NCBI GenBank assembly: GCA_023246725.1
Contig: JAHFHV010000001.1
Location: 13,618 to 77,617 of the forward strand
DNA length: 64,000 nucleotides
Reading direction: 5' to 3'
From: Candidatus Magasanikiibacteriota bacterium
GTDB taxonomy: Bacteria; Patescibacteriota; Patescibacteriia; Magasanikbacterales; GWA2-37-8
Positions 45,143 to 55,425 of the stretch are shown one piece after another. Each line of letters begins with the position of its first letter. The first letter of the stretch is position 1. Made by a program: the position numbers and the translations under genes. Below the pieces are notes generated by a model. The model made no database searches. It was not told where the DNA came from and was given only the letters and a program-made list of their open reading frames with translations.

Positions 45143-47992
45143 ATGAAAGATCAGTTAACTATACGAGGCGCGCGCGTCCACAACCTCAAAAATCTTTCCA
45201 TTACTATCCCCAAGCACAAATTAGTCGTGCTTACGGGTTTATCCGGGTCGGGCAAATCCAGCTTAGCCTTTGACACTATTTATGTGGAAGGCCAGCGCCG
45301 GTACGCCGAATCATTGTCCAGTTACGCCCGGCAGTTTATGGAAGTGCGTGATAAGCCGGATATTGATGGGATTGAGGGATTGTCTCCCACCATCGCGATT
45401 GACCAAAAAGTATCCACCCAGAACCCGCGTTCCACCGTTGGCACGGTAACGGAAATTTATGATTATCTCCGGTTGCTGTTCGCGCGCGCGGGCGTGCAGT
45501 ATTGCCCGGAGTGCCGCGTGGCCGTGGAGGTGTACACCCCTGGGGCGATTAGCGCCAAGTCCAGGGAGCTGGCTCGCAAAACTAAAGAACTGACGATTTT
45601 TGCTCCATTGATTCGGGATGGTCGGGTTGATTCTAAAAGCCTTCTTGAAACCGTGGAAAAATCCGGCTATGAATGGGTGCGGGTTGATGGCGAGCTTTTA
45701 AAAATAAATGATTTAGCCACGTATCGCTTTGCTCCGGAGACGAATTACACAGTGGAACTTTTAATTGGCAAATTAACGGACATTAAAAAAGACGACCCGA
45801 CCAAGTTTATTGAATCTGCCCTGGAGCTTACCAACGGCCTGGTGATTGTGGCAACTGACGATACCAGTCGGCTGTTTGCCACGATTGGCCTCTGTCCGCG
45901 GTGCGGCAAAACCTTGCCCAGCCTTGATCTGCGCAGTTTTAGCTTTAACAGCCCATACGGAGCTTGCCCACGCTGTACCGGCCTGGGGGTTACCATGGAA
46001 GTAGACCCCAATTTAGTAATTCCCAATACGCGGCTAACCTTATCCGAAGGCGCCATTCAGCCCTGGACGCGCATTACCGGCAACCAAAGTTTGTATCAAA
46101 AAATGCTCTCCGCAGTGGCGGAGAGGCACGGGTTTTCCACCAGCATTCCCGTGGCCGATTTGCCGGCAAAAATTTTGGATATTATTTTGTACGGCGGGGG
46201 CGTTGAGCAGTACATGATTGAAAATAAAAAAATTAGCTTTGCCGGGGTGATTCCGGATTTAATGCAAAAGCATTTAGATACCACGTCCGATTACGTGCGC
46301 AAAGAAATTGAACAATACATGCGCGAGAAAATTTGTCCCATCTGCCAGGGAAAACGTTTGCGGCTGGAGTCGCTGGCGGTCCGGGTAGGGGATTTTACGA
46401 TTGCGGAACTGTCTAACTTAAGCGTGGCGGAATGCCGGGCGGCAGTGGAAAGGTTATCCGCTATAGGCGGAGGCGAAAGGTTTAAGGTGATTGAACCGAT
46501 TGCGAAAGAGATTGGCCCGCGCTTAAAAAATTTAGAACGAGTAGGCCTGGGGTATTTAAGTTTAAGCCGCTCCATGAATACCTTGTCGGGCGGTGAAGTT
46601 ACGCGCGTCCGCTTGGCCTCGCAATTGTCGGCCGGTCTTACGGGCGTGATTTATGTTTTGGATGAGCCGTCGGTGGGCCTGCACCCGCGCGACAATGAGC
46701 AGTTGATTGATACCTTAAAATATTTGCGCGACCTAGGCAATTCCGTTATTGTGGTGGAACACGACCCGGCCATGATGCTGGCGGCCGATTACTTAATTGA
46801 TATTGGCCCGGGCGCCGGGGTGTATGGCGGCGAAGTACTCATCGCGGGGAACTTGCGCGAATTTAAAAAAGCCGCGGCTCGCCTAGACTCGGGGCGGGCT
46901 AAAGGAAAATCTGCCAGTGGCCAGCATTCGCTGACAGCCGACTATTTATTTGGTCAAGCGGATTTTAGCGATTTGTACCCCAAAAAATCAGACGGAAAGA
47001 AGCCGCCAACGGGCAAAAGTTTGAGCATTATGGGAGCGAGCGCGTTTAATTTAAAAAATATTGATGTGGAGATTCCGCTCGGCAAGCTTGTTTCCGTCAC
47101 GGGCGTGTCTGGTTCCGGCAAGTCAACTTTAATTATAGATATTTTAGGCAAGGCATTATCCAAATATTTTTACCGCGCCAAAGACGAGCCGGGCGCGCAT
47201 AAAACCATCAAAGGGCTCTCTAACATAGACAAAGTGATTGCCATTGACCAAAGCCCCATTGGCCGCACGCCCCGTTCTAACCCCGCTACCTACACCGGTG
47301 TGTTTACACTTATTCGGGATGTGTTCGCGTCCCTTACCGAAGCCCGCATGCGCGCGTACGACGCCGGTAAATTTAGTTTTAACGTTAAAGGCGGGCGGTG
47401 CGAGGCCTGCGCCGGCGAAGGCTATGTGCGCATCCCCATGCAATTTTTGGCCGATGTGTTTGTGGAGTGTAGCGAGTGCAATGGCCTAAGGTACAATCAA
47501 GAGGCTTTGGAAATTCATTACCACAATAAGCACATTGCCGACGTGTTAAAGATGACGGTGGAAGAAGCGCGCAGTTTTTTTAGCGAGTTTCCGCCTATAG
47601 CCGACAAGCTCAACATTCTGCGCGAAGTGGGCCTGGGCTACGTGGAACTGGGCCAGCCGGCTACCACCATATCGGGCGGCGAGGCCCAGCGCATAAAATT
47701 GGCGCAAGAGTTGTCCCGCCCGTCTACCGGCAAGACACTCTACATTTTGGACGAACCAACGACCGGACTGCATTTTGAAGATACCAAACGACTCTTGCGA
47801 GTGCTTCGTCAGTTAGTCAGCAAAGGTAATTCGGTGGTGATTATTGAACATAACGTGGATGTGATTCGTTGCAGTGATTGGGTAATTGATTTAGGGCCCG
47901 AGGGCGGCAACCAAGGCGGCCTGGTGGTAGCCGAAGGCACGCCAGGTGACGTGAAGAAGAATAAGAAGAGCTGGACGGGACGGTACCTGTGA
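45143..47992 (+). CDS. uvrA: Excinuclease ABC subunit A
   Basis: Two ABC ATPase modules ([20 protein letters not shown]), zinc-finger cysteines; 949 aa. Confidence 0.93.
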   Translation: MKDQLTIRGARVHNLKNLSITIPKHKLVVLTGLSGSGKSSLAFDTIYVEGQRRYAESLSSYARQFMEVRDKPDIDGIEGLSPTIAIDQKVSTQNPRSTVGTVTEIYDYLRLLFARAGVQYCPECRVAVEVYTPGAISAKSRELARKTKELTIFAPLIRDGRVDSKSLLETVEKSGYEWVRVDGELLKINDLATYRFAPETNYTVELLIGKLTDIKKDDPTKFIESALELTNGLVIVATDDTSRLFATIGLCPRCGKTLPSLDLRSFSFNSPYGACPRCTGLGVTMEVDPNLVIPNTRLTLSEGAIQPWTRITGNQSLYQKMLSAVAERHGFSTSIPVADLPAKILDIILYGGGVEQYMIENKKISFAGVIPDLMQKHLDTTSDYVRKEIEQYMREKICPICQGKRLRLESLAVRVGDFTIAELSNLSVAECRAAVERLSAIGGGERFKVIEPIAKEIGPRLKNLERVGLGYLSLSRSMNTLSGGEVTRVRLASQLSAGLTGVIYVLDEPSVGLHPRDNEQLIDTLKYLRDLGNSVIVVEHDPAMMLAADYLIDIGPGAGVYGGEVLIAGNLREFKKAAARLDSGRAKGKSASGQHSLTADYLFGQADFSDLYPKKSDGKKPPTGKSLSIMGASAFNLKNIDVEIPLGKLVSVTGVSGSGKSTLIIDILGKALSKYFYRAKDEPGAHKTIKGLSNIDKVIAIDQSPIGRTPRSNPATYTGVFTLIRDVFASLTEARMRAYDAGKFSFNVKGGRCEACAGEGYVRIPMQFLADVFVECSECNGLRYNQEALEIHYHNKHIADVLKMTVEEARSFFSEFPPIADKLNILREVGLGYVELGQPATTISGGEAQRIKLAQELSRPSTGKTLYILDEPTTGLHFEDTKRLLRVLRQLVSKGNSVVIIEHNVDVIRCSDWVIDLGPEGGNQGGLVVAEGTPGDVKKNKKSWTGRYL

Positions 47993-48017
47993 AATATCAA
48001 ATATCAAATGTCAAAGT
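47992..48017. repeat. Repeat family 2 fragment (atatcaaatatcaaatgtcaaag)
   Basis: Matches 6132/57313. Confidence 0.55.
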
Positions 48018-48034
48018 GAGCGTTGATGGTTTGT

Positions 48035-48072
48035 GTCATTGCGAGCCCCGCTCAAGCGGGGCGTGGCAATCC
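48035..48072. repeat. Half-copy of MITE family 1 variant (gtcattgcgagccccgctcaagcggggcgtggcaatccc)
   Basis: Reverse complement matches 25310-25352. Confidence 0.65.
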
Positions 48073-48096
48073 CGTAACATTCAGAGAGAATTAAAA

Positions 48097-48127
48097 TAAA
48101 GGCGTCCGAAAGGGCGTCTTTTTTTTA
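48097..48127. terminator. Bidirectional terminator between uvrA and rplS
   Basis: aaggcgtccgaaagggcgtcttttttttt with A-run upstream. Confidence 0.7.
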
Positions 48128-48156
48128 ACGACTCCTGGCCCCGCCTCTGGCAGGTT

Positions 48157-48498
48157 CTAGTTTTTCTTTTCCTTCATCTTGCGCTTGAAGTTCGTATTTT
48201 TAATGTAGTTTAGTTTGGCGCGACGGACCTCAAATTCGCGCACAACTTCTATTTTATCAATCACTGGCGAGCGCAAGGGGAAGATGCGTTCCACGCCCAC
48301 GCCATCGGAAACTTTGCGCACCGTAATGGTGGCGCCCACCTCACTGCCGTGTTTGGCAGCTAAAATGAGCCCTTCAAAAATTTGAACGCGCTCTTTTTCT
48401 TCGCCTTTGGCATTTAATTCTTTTACTTTTTGGTGCACTTTAACGATCATGCCGGGCTTGTAAACTGCGGCAGCAGTTGTAACGTTAGCTTCAGTCAT
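48157..48498 (-). CDS. rplS: 50S ribosomal protein L19
   Basis: L19 signature (PGMIVKVHQKV...ERVQIFEGLI...ITVRK...GVERIFPL); start at MTEANV. Confidence 0.85.
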   Translation of the reverse strand: MTEANVTTAAAVYKPGMIVKVHQKVKELNAKGEEKERVQIFEGLILAAKHGSEVGATITVRKVSDGVGVERIFPLRSPVIDKIEVVREFEVRRAKLNYIKNTNFKRKMKEKKN

Positions 48499-48514
48499 AT
48501 GTTTGATTGTGCAA

Positions 48515-48590
48515 AACGATACATGATACACATACAACGATACCAATCGAGTTGTCTCGTTATACGTGTATCGTGTATCCTGCTTTAAGG
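48515..48590. repeat. Palindromic element family 4 (gatacacgatacacgtataacg core)
   Basis: 22-nt exact match (reverse complement) to 61886-61907; imperfect inverted arms. Confidence 0.7.
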
Positions 48591-48668
48591 TCGCCCTATT
48601 CTAGCTAATTTTGGTTTTTTTGTCAAGAGCTCTTTTGGACTGGTATTGTATGCTATAATACCGATTCT

Positions 48669-50939
48669 ATGAACCTCACAACCCCGGTAAGCGAACTCAC
48701 CAAGGTAGGCAAAACCGCGGCCAAGCGCCTGGGGTATCTTGGCATTCACACCGCCCAGGACTTATTGTATTACTTTCCGTTTCGCTACGAAGACTATCGC
48801 CGCGTGGTTTTAATTAAAGATTTGCGAGACGGAGAGAGTGTTACCATTAGTGGAGCAGTGGAACTAATTTCCAATCGGCGCAGTTTCCGCAGCCGCAAGA
48901 TGGTTACCGAGGCGCTCATTCGCGACCACAGCGGGAGCTTGCGCGTGGTGTGGTTTAACCAGCCGTTTATTGGCAAGGCGCTCCGCCCGGGCGATAAAGT
49001 TTATCTCTCGGGCGCTGTTAAAGGCGATCTGCTGGGGGCCCAAATGGTCAGCCCGGCTTATGAAAAAATTACGTCGCGGGAAACTACCTCAACCGCGCGC
49101 CTGGTGCCAATGTACGCGCTTACGGCCGGACTTACCCAAAAACAAATTCGATTTTTAGCCCAGCAAGTAGCGCCGTTGGCCGAGCAGCTGTCTGATTGGC
49201 TGCCAGCCAAAATTTTAGGACAGTATGATTTGATTCCACTGCCCCAGGCTCTCCGCGGCATTCATTTTCCGATTGATGAAGCGGCTCTTAAAAAGAGCAC
49301 CGAGCGATTGAAGTTTGATGAGTTATTGCTGCTCCAGCTTCAGGCTGAAGACAGTCGAAAAAACAGATTAGACCACAGCGCGCCCCAGCTTACTTTTCAC
49401 CAAAGCGCTCTGCAAGAGTTTGTGGGCCGCCTGCCGTTTACGCTTACCAAAACCCAAAAAATCGCGGCCTGGGAAATACTTCAAGACATCCAAAAATCAA
49501 CTCCGATGAACCGCCTGCTCTCGGGCGATGTTGGCTCGGGCAAAACCGTGGTGGCGGCTATGGCGCTGTACTCAGCATTTTTAAATGGTTACCAAGGAGT
49601 GCTCATGGCGCCAACCGAGATACTCGCGGCCCAACACTTTGCGTCTTTGTGTAGATTGTTTAGCGGTCTCCCTATTTCAATTGGGTTACTTACGGCTAAT
49701 CAAGTTTCAACTGTCATTCTGAACGGAGCGCAGCGCAGTGAAGAATCTCTGTCTCAATCAATCAACGGAGAGAGATCCTTCGCTACGCTCAGGATGACAG
49801 TTGCTAAAAAAGAAAAAGAAGGATTTTTGAAAAAATTAGCTATCGGAGAAATAAAGATCATCGTTGGCACGCACGCTTTGCTTTCGGAAGGGGTACATTT
49901 TAAAAAACTCGGCCTGGTGATTGTGGATGAGCAACATCGATTTGGCGTGGAACAGCGGAAGGTTATTAAGGAGAAATCATTGACGACTTCCAGCCAGACC
50001 TCTCTCACCGCTCTCTCCTCTGCAGAGGAGAGAGGTACGGTCACACCCTCTCCTTTGCAAAGGAGAGGGCAGGGAGAGGTCTCGCAATCGGCGCATTTTT
50101 TAAGTATGACGGCCACTCCCATCCCGCGTTCATTGGCTCTTATGTTGTATGGCGACCTCGACATTTCTATCATCAGTGAACTTCCGCCGGGACGCAAGCC
50201 AATTATCACGCGCCTGGTGGAGCCAGCCAAACGGGAAAAAGCCTATGAGTTTATTCGGGCACAGGTGAAAAATGGACGACAAGTATTTGTGGTGTGTCCG
50301 CTGATTGAAGATAAACAGGCTGGTGCGATTGTTGCCCCCCTGCGAGGGGGTGGTTCTAACGACAAAAGATCAGTCTTGAGTGAATATGACAAACTATCCC
50401 AACAAATTTTTCTTGACCTCCGCGTAGGCTATCTACACGGTAAAATGAAAGCTAAAGAAAAAGATGGGGCAATGGAGAAATTTAAACAAGGCGAGACCGA
50501 TATTCTTGTGTCCACGTCGGTCGTAGAAGTCGGCGTGGACATCCCGAACGCCAGTGTGATGATGATTGAAGGCGCGGATAAATTTGGCCTGGCGCAACTG
50601 CACCAATTCCGCGGACGCGTGGGCAGGTCAATCCATCAATCATATTGTTTGCTGTTTACCGATAGTGATTCGTATCGCTCTTCCGAGCGATTAAAATATT
50701 TTGAAACGCACCACGATGGTTTTAAACTAGCGGAAAAAGATTTGGCTATGCGGGGGCCAGGCGAAGTGTATGGCACGGAGCAAAGCGGCCTGCAACAACT
50801 CCGGCTCGCGAAATTGACTGATCAGGGCATAATAAAAAAAGCGCGCGAGGTGGCGCGCGAGGTGGCTCCAGACATTAAGAAATATCCTAAACTTTTAGAA
50901 AAGATTAAAGAGTGGGAGCGAGTGGTGCATTTGGAATAA
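48669..50939 (+). CDS. recG: ATP-dependent DNA helicase RecG, with in-frame palindromic insertions
   Basis: Wedge domain, helicase motifs (GDVGSGKT, DEQHRFG), C-terminal TRG motif; 756 aa. Confidence 0.9.
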   Translation: MNLTTPVSELTKVGKTAAKRLGYLGIHTAQDLLYYFPFRYEDYRRVVLIKDLRDGESVTISGAVELISNRRSFRSRKMVTEALIRDHSGSLRVVWFNQPFIGKALRPGDKVYLSGAVKGDLLGAQMVSPAYEKITSRETTSTARLVPMYALTAGLTQKQIRFLAQQVAPLAEQLSDWLPAKILGQYDLIPLPQALRGIHFPIDEAALKKSTERLKFDELLLLQLQAEDSRKNRLDHSAPQLTFHQSALQEFVGRLPFTLTKTQKIAAWEILQDIQKSTPMNRLLSGDVGSGKTVVAAMALYSAFLNGYQGVLMAPTEILAAQHFASLCRLFSGLPISIGLLTANQVSTVILNGAQRSEESLSQSINGERSFATLRMTVAKKEKEGFLKKLAIGEIKIIVGTHALLSEGVHFKKLGLVIVDEQHRFGVEQRKVIKEKSLTTSSQTSLTALSSAEERGTVTPSPLQRRGQGEVSQSAHFLSMTATPIPRSLALMLYGDLDISIISELPPGRKPIITRLVEPAKREKAYEFIRAQVKNGRQVFVVCPLIEDKQAGAIVAPLRGGGSNDKRSVLSEYDKLSQQIFLDLRVGYLHGKMKAKEKDGAMEKFKQGETDILVSTSVVEVGVDIPNASVMMIEGADKFGLAQLHQFRGRVGRSIHQSYCLLFTDSDSYRSSERLKYFETHHDGFKLAEKDLAMRGPGEVYGTEQSGLQQLRLAKLTDQGIIKKAREVAREVAPDIKKYPKLLEKIKEWERVVHLE
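49713..49799. repeat. MITE family 1 copy inserted in-frame in recG (87 bp = 29 codons)
   Basis: gtcattctgaacggagcgcagcgcagtgaagaatctctgtc...gagatccttcgctacgctcaggatgaca. Confidence 0.85.
49995..50082. repeat. Family 5 twin-hairpin element inserted in-frame in recG
   Basis: ctctcctctgcagaggagag and ccctctcctttgcaaaggagaggg hairpins; encodes SLTALSSAEERGTVTPSPLQRRGQGE. Confidence 0.7.
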
Positions 50940-50968
50940 TCTAAAATGAGGCGATGATAAACAAGTAT

Positions 50969-51018
50969 TGATTTTTTGAGCTTGATTTGTCATTTGACCT
51001 TTGGATTTTGATATTTTA
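50969..51018. repeat. Repeat family 2 copy
   Basis: tttgagcttgatttgtcatttgacctttggattttg, matches 6195-6236. Confidence 0.6.
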
Positions 51019-52377
51019 AGCCGTATGTTTAATCAATTCCTGAATATTCACAACGTCGATAATTTTTAATTTATAATTTATAATTTTCAATTTCTTTCCT
51101 CCGTTCGTAATAACTCTTTTTAATCCAACCAACTCACATTCCTTCAGTCGTTTTTCCATTTGCCCTACTGGCCGTACTTCACCACTTAAACCAATTTCGC
51201 CAAATACTACCAGGTCACTTCCGAGTACCTTGTCTTTATAGGAGCTCGCAATGGATAGCGCCACCGCCAAATCTGCGGCCGGTTCACTGGCTTCCAGGCC
51301 TCCCACCACATTCACATGCACATCATATTGTTCCAGTTTCAGTCCAGCGCGCTTTTGCAAAACCGCTATCAACACGTGCAATCGATTAATATCAAATCCA
51401 CTCGCCTTGCGCGTGGGATACCCAAACGCCGTCTTGGTTACTAGTGCCTGAATTTCCACCAAGAGCGGGCGCGTTCCTTCCAAGAGGCAGGTGAGGACAT
51501 TCCCGGGCGCGTTTTCACCGCGCTCCAGTAAAAATTGCGCGGACGGATTTTTCACTTCTTTGAGTCCTTCAGAGTGCATTGCAAAAATCCCTACTTCATC
51601 CGTGGCGCCAAAACGGTTTTTCACCGTACGCAGAATTCGGTAATCATGGTGGCGGTCGCCCTCGAGGTACAGCACTGTATCTACCACATGCTCCAAAGTT
51701 TTCGGTCCAGTAATCGTCCCATCTTTAGTTACGTGGCTCACCAGGACTACCGCGGTGCCGGTGGTTTTGGTGGCTTCGAGAAGTTTTACCGCGCTGGCGC
51801 GAATCTGGTTCACGTTCCCGGGTTCGCCTTCCACTTCCCCGGAAGAGATGGTTTGGATGGAATCGATAATAGCCAGAGCTGGTTTTGTAGTTTGAATCGT
51901 CGCAATGATCGTTTCAACATCAGTTTCGTTCCCCAGGCGCAGTGTCCCCGAAGAAATATGTAACCGGTCAGCCCGGAGTTTAATTTGCTCAATGGATTCC
52001 TCCGCCGAAAGATACAAGGTGCTGGGGATTGCCGCGGCCAACTGCAAGGCCAAGGTCGATTTTCCAATCCCCGGCTCACCACCCAGCACAATCAAACTCC
52101 CGGGCACCAGGCCCCCGCCCAGCACGCGGTCCAGCTCGCCAATATTGGTTTTAATACGCGTGAGATTTTTTCCTTCAATTTCTTGCAAACCAAACGTCTT
52201 GGCTGTGGGATAATTACTATTTGAATTTTGGTTTTTGGATTTGATTTGGAATTTGACATTTGACATTTGACATTTTTCAATCGTTCCCCATTTACCACAT
52301 TCCAAACACCGGCCCGTCCATTTAGTGAACTGGGCGTCGCAGTTGGCGCAGGCAAAAATGAGGGAGTCTTTGGGCAT
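51016..52377 (-). CDS. radA: DNA repair protein RadA/Sms, with family-2 repeat inserted in linker
   Basis: N-terminal C4 zinc finger CANC...CLEC, RecA-like Walker A GEPGIGKST, KNRFG motif, C-terminal Lon-like domain. Confidence 0.88.
   Translation of the reverse strand: MPKDSLIFACANCDAQFTKWTGRCLECGKWGTIEKCQMSNVKFQIKSKNQNSNSNYPTAKTFGLQEIEGKNLTRIKTNIGELDRVLGGGLVPGSLIVLGGEPGIGKSTLALQLAAAIPSTLYLSAEESIEQIKLRADRLHISSGTLRLGNETDVETIIATIQTTKPALAIIDSIQTISSGEVEGEPGNVNQIRASAVKLLEATKTTGTAVVLVSHVTKDGTITGPKTLEHVVDTVLYLEGDRHHDYRILRTVKNRFGATDEVGIFAMHSEGLKEVKNPSAQFLLERGENAPGNVLTCLLEGTRPLLVEIQALVTKTAFGYPTRKASGFDINRLHVLIAVLQKRAGLKLEQYDVHVNVVGGLEASEPAADLAVALSIASSYKDKVLGSDLVVFGEIGLSGEVRPVGQMEKRLKECELVGLKRVITNGGKKLKIINYKLKIIDVVNIQELIKHTA
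52215..52276. repeat. Repeat family 2 copy in-frame in radA (encodes KCQMSNVKFQIKSKNQNSNSN)
   Basis: atttgacatttgacatttgacattttt on + strand inside minus-strand ORF. Confidence 0.75.
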
Positions 52378-52388
52378 ATTGATACTTT

Positions 52389-53633
52389 TTATATCACCCA
52401 TCGAGGAAGAAAATGCACGGCGGTGTTTTCTATTTTTGTGGCATGGAAGGCGGAATCTCCCAAAAGTAAAGCGTGGGACGGGCGGTATTCCCGTATAAAG
52501 TTGTGAAGCGATCGAGTAACGGTCGCTGTATTGAGCAAACTTTTACTTTCGATGGGAATTACCGTTGGTCCGGTTTTAACAACAAAATCAACCTCCGACT
52601 GGGATTTGCTGCGCCAATAATTGACTGAGCAATTCTGTTTTAAGAGTTGCGTAAAAATAAAATTTTCATATAGCGGCCCCTTGTCGCTCCGCCGGTTAAG
52701 CGGGTTAAAATTTTGCAGGACATAATTTCGCAGACCAGTGTCGAAAAAATACGGCTTAGGATTTTTGGTGATTTCTTTGCGTCGGTTGGAAAACCACGGC
52801 CGCACCAGTTGGCAGATAAAAGTTTTTTCCAGAATATTGAGATATTTTTTTAGGGTTATCTGATCGTATCCGGAAATTTGGCCGAGTTCGTTATAGTTTA
52901 CTAATTGCCCGATTTGCACCGCCAAGGCTTCAATTAGTTTTGAGAGCTTAAAATCATCAATTAGGCCCAAGGTATCCTTAATATCACGCAGAAAATAGGT
53001 GTTGTAAATATTGCTTAAAACAGTCATTTTTTTATCTTCGGTATCTTCTAGTATTACTCGCGGGTAGCCGCCCCAAATAATAAATTCATCGGCCAGCGCT
53101 AAAAGTTGGCTATTAGCAGGGCCGCTAATTTTTAGCGAGGCAATGCTTGGTTTTTTTAAATTAATGTGCTGGCGGCATTCCGCGTATAGCGCCATGAGCG
53201 ATGGATCGCGGAAAGACACGAATTCCTCAAAATCAAGCTCATACAGGTTAAAAATAAAAACCCGGCCGACTAAAAATTTTAGCGCCTTGATGGTTAAATC
53301 AATAGCGCTGGAACCGGAAATTATTATTTTACAGCCCGGGTAAGTGTCATAGAGATATTTAAGATTTTTTCCGCCTTGCTTGGCATATTGGAATTCATCA
53401 ATAAATAGGTATTTGCCTGCTAAGTATTTCTTGGCAAATCCGTCAATATCCCGTTCAAAGTCAGCCAGGGTTTGCATTTTATCAAAACTAATAAAAACCG
53501 CGTCGCTTAAGCCGCCATGGATTTTTTTTAACAACGTGGTTTTGCCGCTTTGCCGCGGGCCGACAATTGCCAAAATTTCTGGGTCTTCTAAATAGCTTAA
53601 AATGGTAGTCTCTAATTTTCGCTTAATATACAT
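52389..53633 (-). CDS. AAA+ ATPase, DUF4143 type (paralog 2)
   Basis: Walker A GPRQSGKTTLL, Walker B LFIDEFQ. Confidence 0.7.
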   Translation of the reverse strand: MYIKRKLETTILSYLEDPEILAIVGPRQSGKTTLLKKIHGGLSDAVFISFDKMQTLADFERDIDGFAKKYLAGKYLFIDEFQYAKQGGKNLKYLYDTYPGCKIIISGSSAIDLTIKALKFLVGRVFIFNLYELDFEEFVSFRDPSLMALYAECRQHINLKKPSIASLKISGPANSQLLALADEFIIWGGYPRVILEDTEDKKMTVLSNIYNTYFLRDIKDTLGLIDDFKLSKLIEALAVQIGQLVNYNELGQISGYDQITLKKYLNILEKTFICQLVRPWFSNRRKEITKNPKPYFFDTGLRNYVLQNFNPLNRRSDKGPLYENFIFTQLLKQNCSVNYWRSKSQSEVDFVVKTGPTVIPIESKSLLNTATVTRSLHNFIREYRPSHALLLGDSAFHATKIENTAVHFLPRWVI

Positions 53634-53847
53634 AAAATTCAGGCATACTTACTAAAATAATATTACAATATCATTTTAGCAGATACAAAAATATATGTCA
53701 AATCTGGGTGTGTATAAATCCAAAACTCCTCTGTTTTTAAGAGGAGTTTTGGGTACCAAATGGTTTCATTATCATTCGTGGCCAAATAACGGAGGCGAAG
53801 TTGGGGTAGATAAAAATTATAGATTTGCCAATTTTTAGTTTAAGATG

Positions 53848-55422
53848 CTAGAAAGGCAGATACCACGAACAGGCGTGGCCTTGTGATGCCGCCTTTTTTT
53901 CTTCATTTTTTAAACCTAACTTTGTCCAATCGAAAGCGCGCGGGTCGCCGTGTCCGTTTGATGGAACTAGTTCACAATGGCCAACAATATTTTTTGAAGC
54001 GAGAGGAATATTATAACGCGCCCTAATATCATCTACCAATTTTTTTAAAGAATCATATTGTGCCGCTGTCGGATCGCATGCTGTGTGTACATCTTGCGCG
54101 GAAGGATTTTTAAGTGAGTTGCATGAATTCCCGCTGGCATCTTTGCCAATATTAAGCTCTATTCCTATGCCATCATTGTTGCCGCCTGGCGCATGGGGGA
54201 CAACACACCTCTCAGCGGCATGTTGAACGATTTTCCCATCCTTGCTAATAGTATAATGCGCGCCAGCAAGTTTGTACTTAATTGGTTTGCCGTTTTTGTC
54301 ATATCTTTCTTTCTCCGGTATCTGATCAGGATTTCTATTGTAAAAACAACCTTTATACCATGTATTCTGGTTCATTTCTAAAGTATAACCACCATTGTGG
54401 ATAACTATTTTTTTAATATTTGATGAATCCCGTGTTTTATAAGTGCAAACATCAACTTTACCAAGAAAAGTTTGTGTATCAACATAGCTACGGTTTTTTT
54501 CTCCGGGAGTAAGTTCTTTCAAAGAATCACATGGGCCAGAGACAGCCTTTATGGCAATAACAGTGGCTTTTTCATCCTCTATATGATTATCTTCTAACGC
54601 TATCTTTGCCACATACTTCACCCGCAAGGCTTTAAAGGCCACTAAATCCGGATTAAGGTAAAACATTATTACGTACGAAAACCACAGAATCATAAGGCCA
54701 ATGACAATCTGCCCAATGCGCTTATAGGCTTCCATTTTGCCTTCGCCGCCGCCGGAAATAACAATGTCAAACCCTTTTTTAATAATAATGGCTACGGCCA
54801 CTACGCTTCCCACGGCCACGCCGAATTTATACACGGCGGCAATGTATTCCCCAATCCACGGGATGTGCAAGAAGCCTTCCGCGTCCACTTGGCCGGACAG
54901 ATCGGAAAATTTAAGCTGGGGAAGGCGGATCATTAGCTTGGGTTTATAGGTGCCGGCGTTAATTTCGTTCTGCAGGCTAAGGCCCCATACCCCGGGGTCG
55001 AGCAAAGCATCAGTGGCGCTGGACTTGCCGGGTTTAAGGGGCGCGCAGATTTCCCCGTGGGTGCTTTCGCAATAGTCTAGGTCTTTTGTGGTGTTAGCGC
55101 CGTCAACACAGCTCCATTCGCCATGGTCGCTGGGAGCGCCGTAGGCGCTAAAACAGTCGTTATCATCGTCGCAGTCGCAATACCATTTGTTTTCAATAAT
55201 GCCACCCTGGTTTTTAAAAACTTCCGTGCTTTTTTCGCAATCGCCGCTAAAACACTGGGAGTCGCCCTGGCATTCTTCGCCAAACTTTTTTTTGCCGCCG
55301 GTAGGAGCCTGTTCGCAGCTGCCGGCCAAGGCCGGCGCTAGCGGCGCGAGAAGAATAAAAATCAAACCGGTTAACCAGCTAACGGCCAGGGCTTTACAGA
55401 TTAATGCTCGTGGGCGCGACAT
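53848..55422 (-). CDS. Exported Cys-rich VirB2/TrbC-pilin-like protein fused to Amidase_2/PGRP peptidoglycan amidase
   Basis: Signal/TM, Cys-rich N-domain, helical hairpin AVAIIIKKGFDIVISGGGEGKMEAYKRIGQIVIGLMILWFSYVIMFYLNPDLVAF parallel to 43526 protein; C-terminal amidase-like block HAPGGNNDGIGIEL...GHCELVPSNGHGDP. Confidence 0.55.
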   Translation of the reverse strand: MSRPRALICKALAVSWLTGLIFILLAPLAPALAGSCEQAPTGGKKKFGEECQGDSQCFSGDCEKSTEVFKNQGGIIENKWYCDCDDDNDCFSAYGAPSDHGEWSCVDGANTTKDLDYCESTHGEICAPLKPGKSSATDALLDPGVWGLSLQNEINAGTYKPKLMIRLPQLKFSDLSGQVDAEGFLHIPWIGEYIAAVYKFGVAVGSVVAVAIIIKKGFDIVISGGGEGKMEAYKRIGQIVIGLMILWFSYVIMFYLNPDLVAFKALRVKYVAKIALEDNHIEDEKATVIAIKAVSGPCDSLKELTPGEKNRSYVDTQTFLGKVDVCTYKTRDSSNIKKIVIHNGGYTLEMNQNTWYKGCFYNRNPDQIPEKERYDKNGKPIKYKLAGAHYTISKDGKIVQHAAERCVVPHAPGGNNDGIGIELNIGKDASGNSCNSLKNPSAQDVHTACDPTAAQYDSLKKLVDDIRARYNIPLASKNIVGHCELVPSNGHGDPRAFDWTKLGLKNEEKKAASQGHACSWYLPF

Positions 55423-55425
55423 ATT

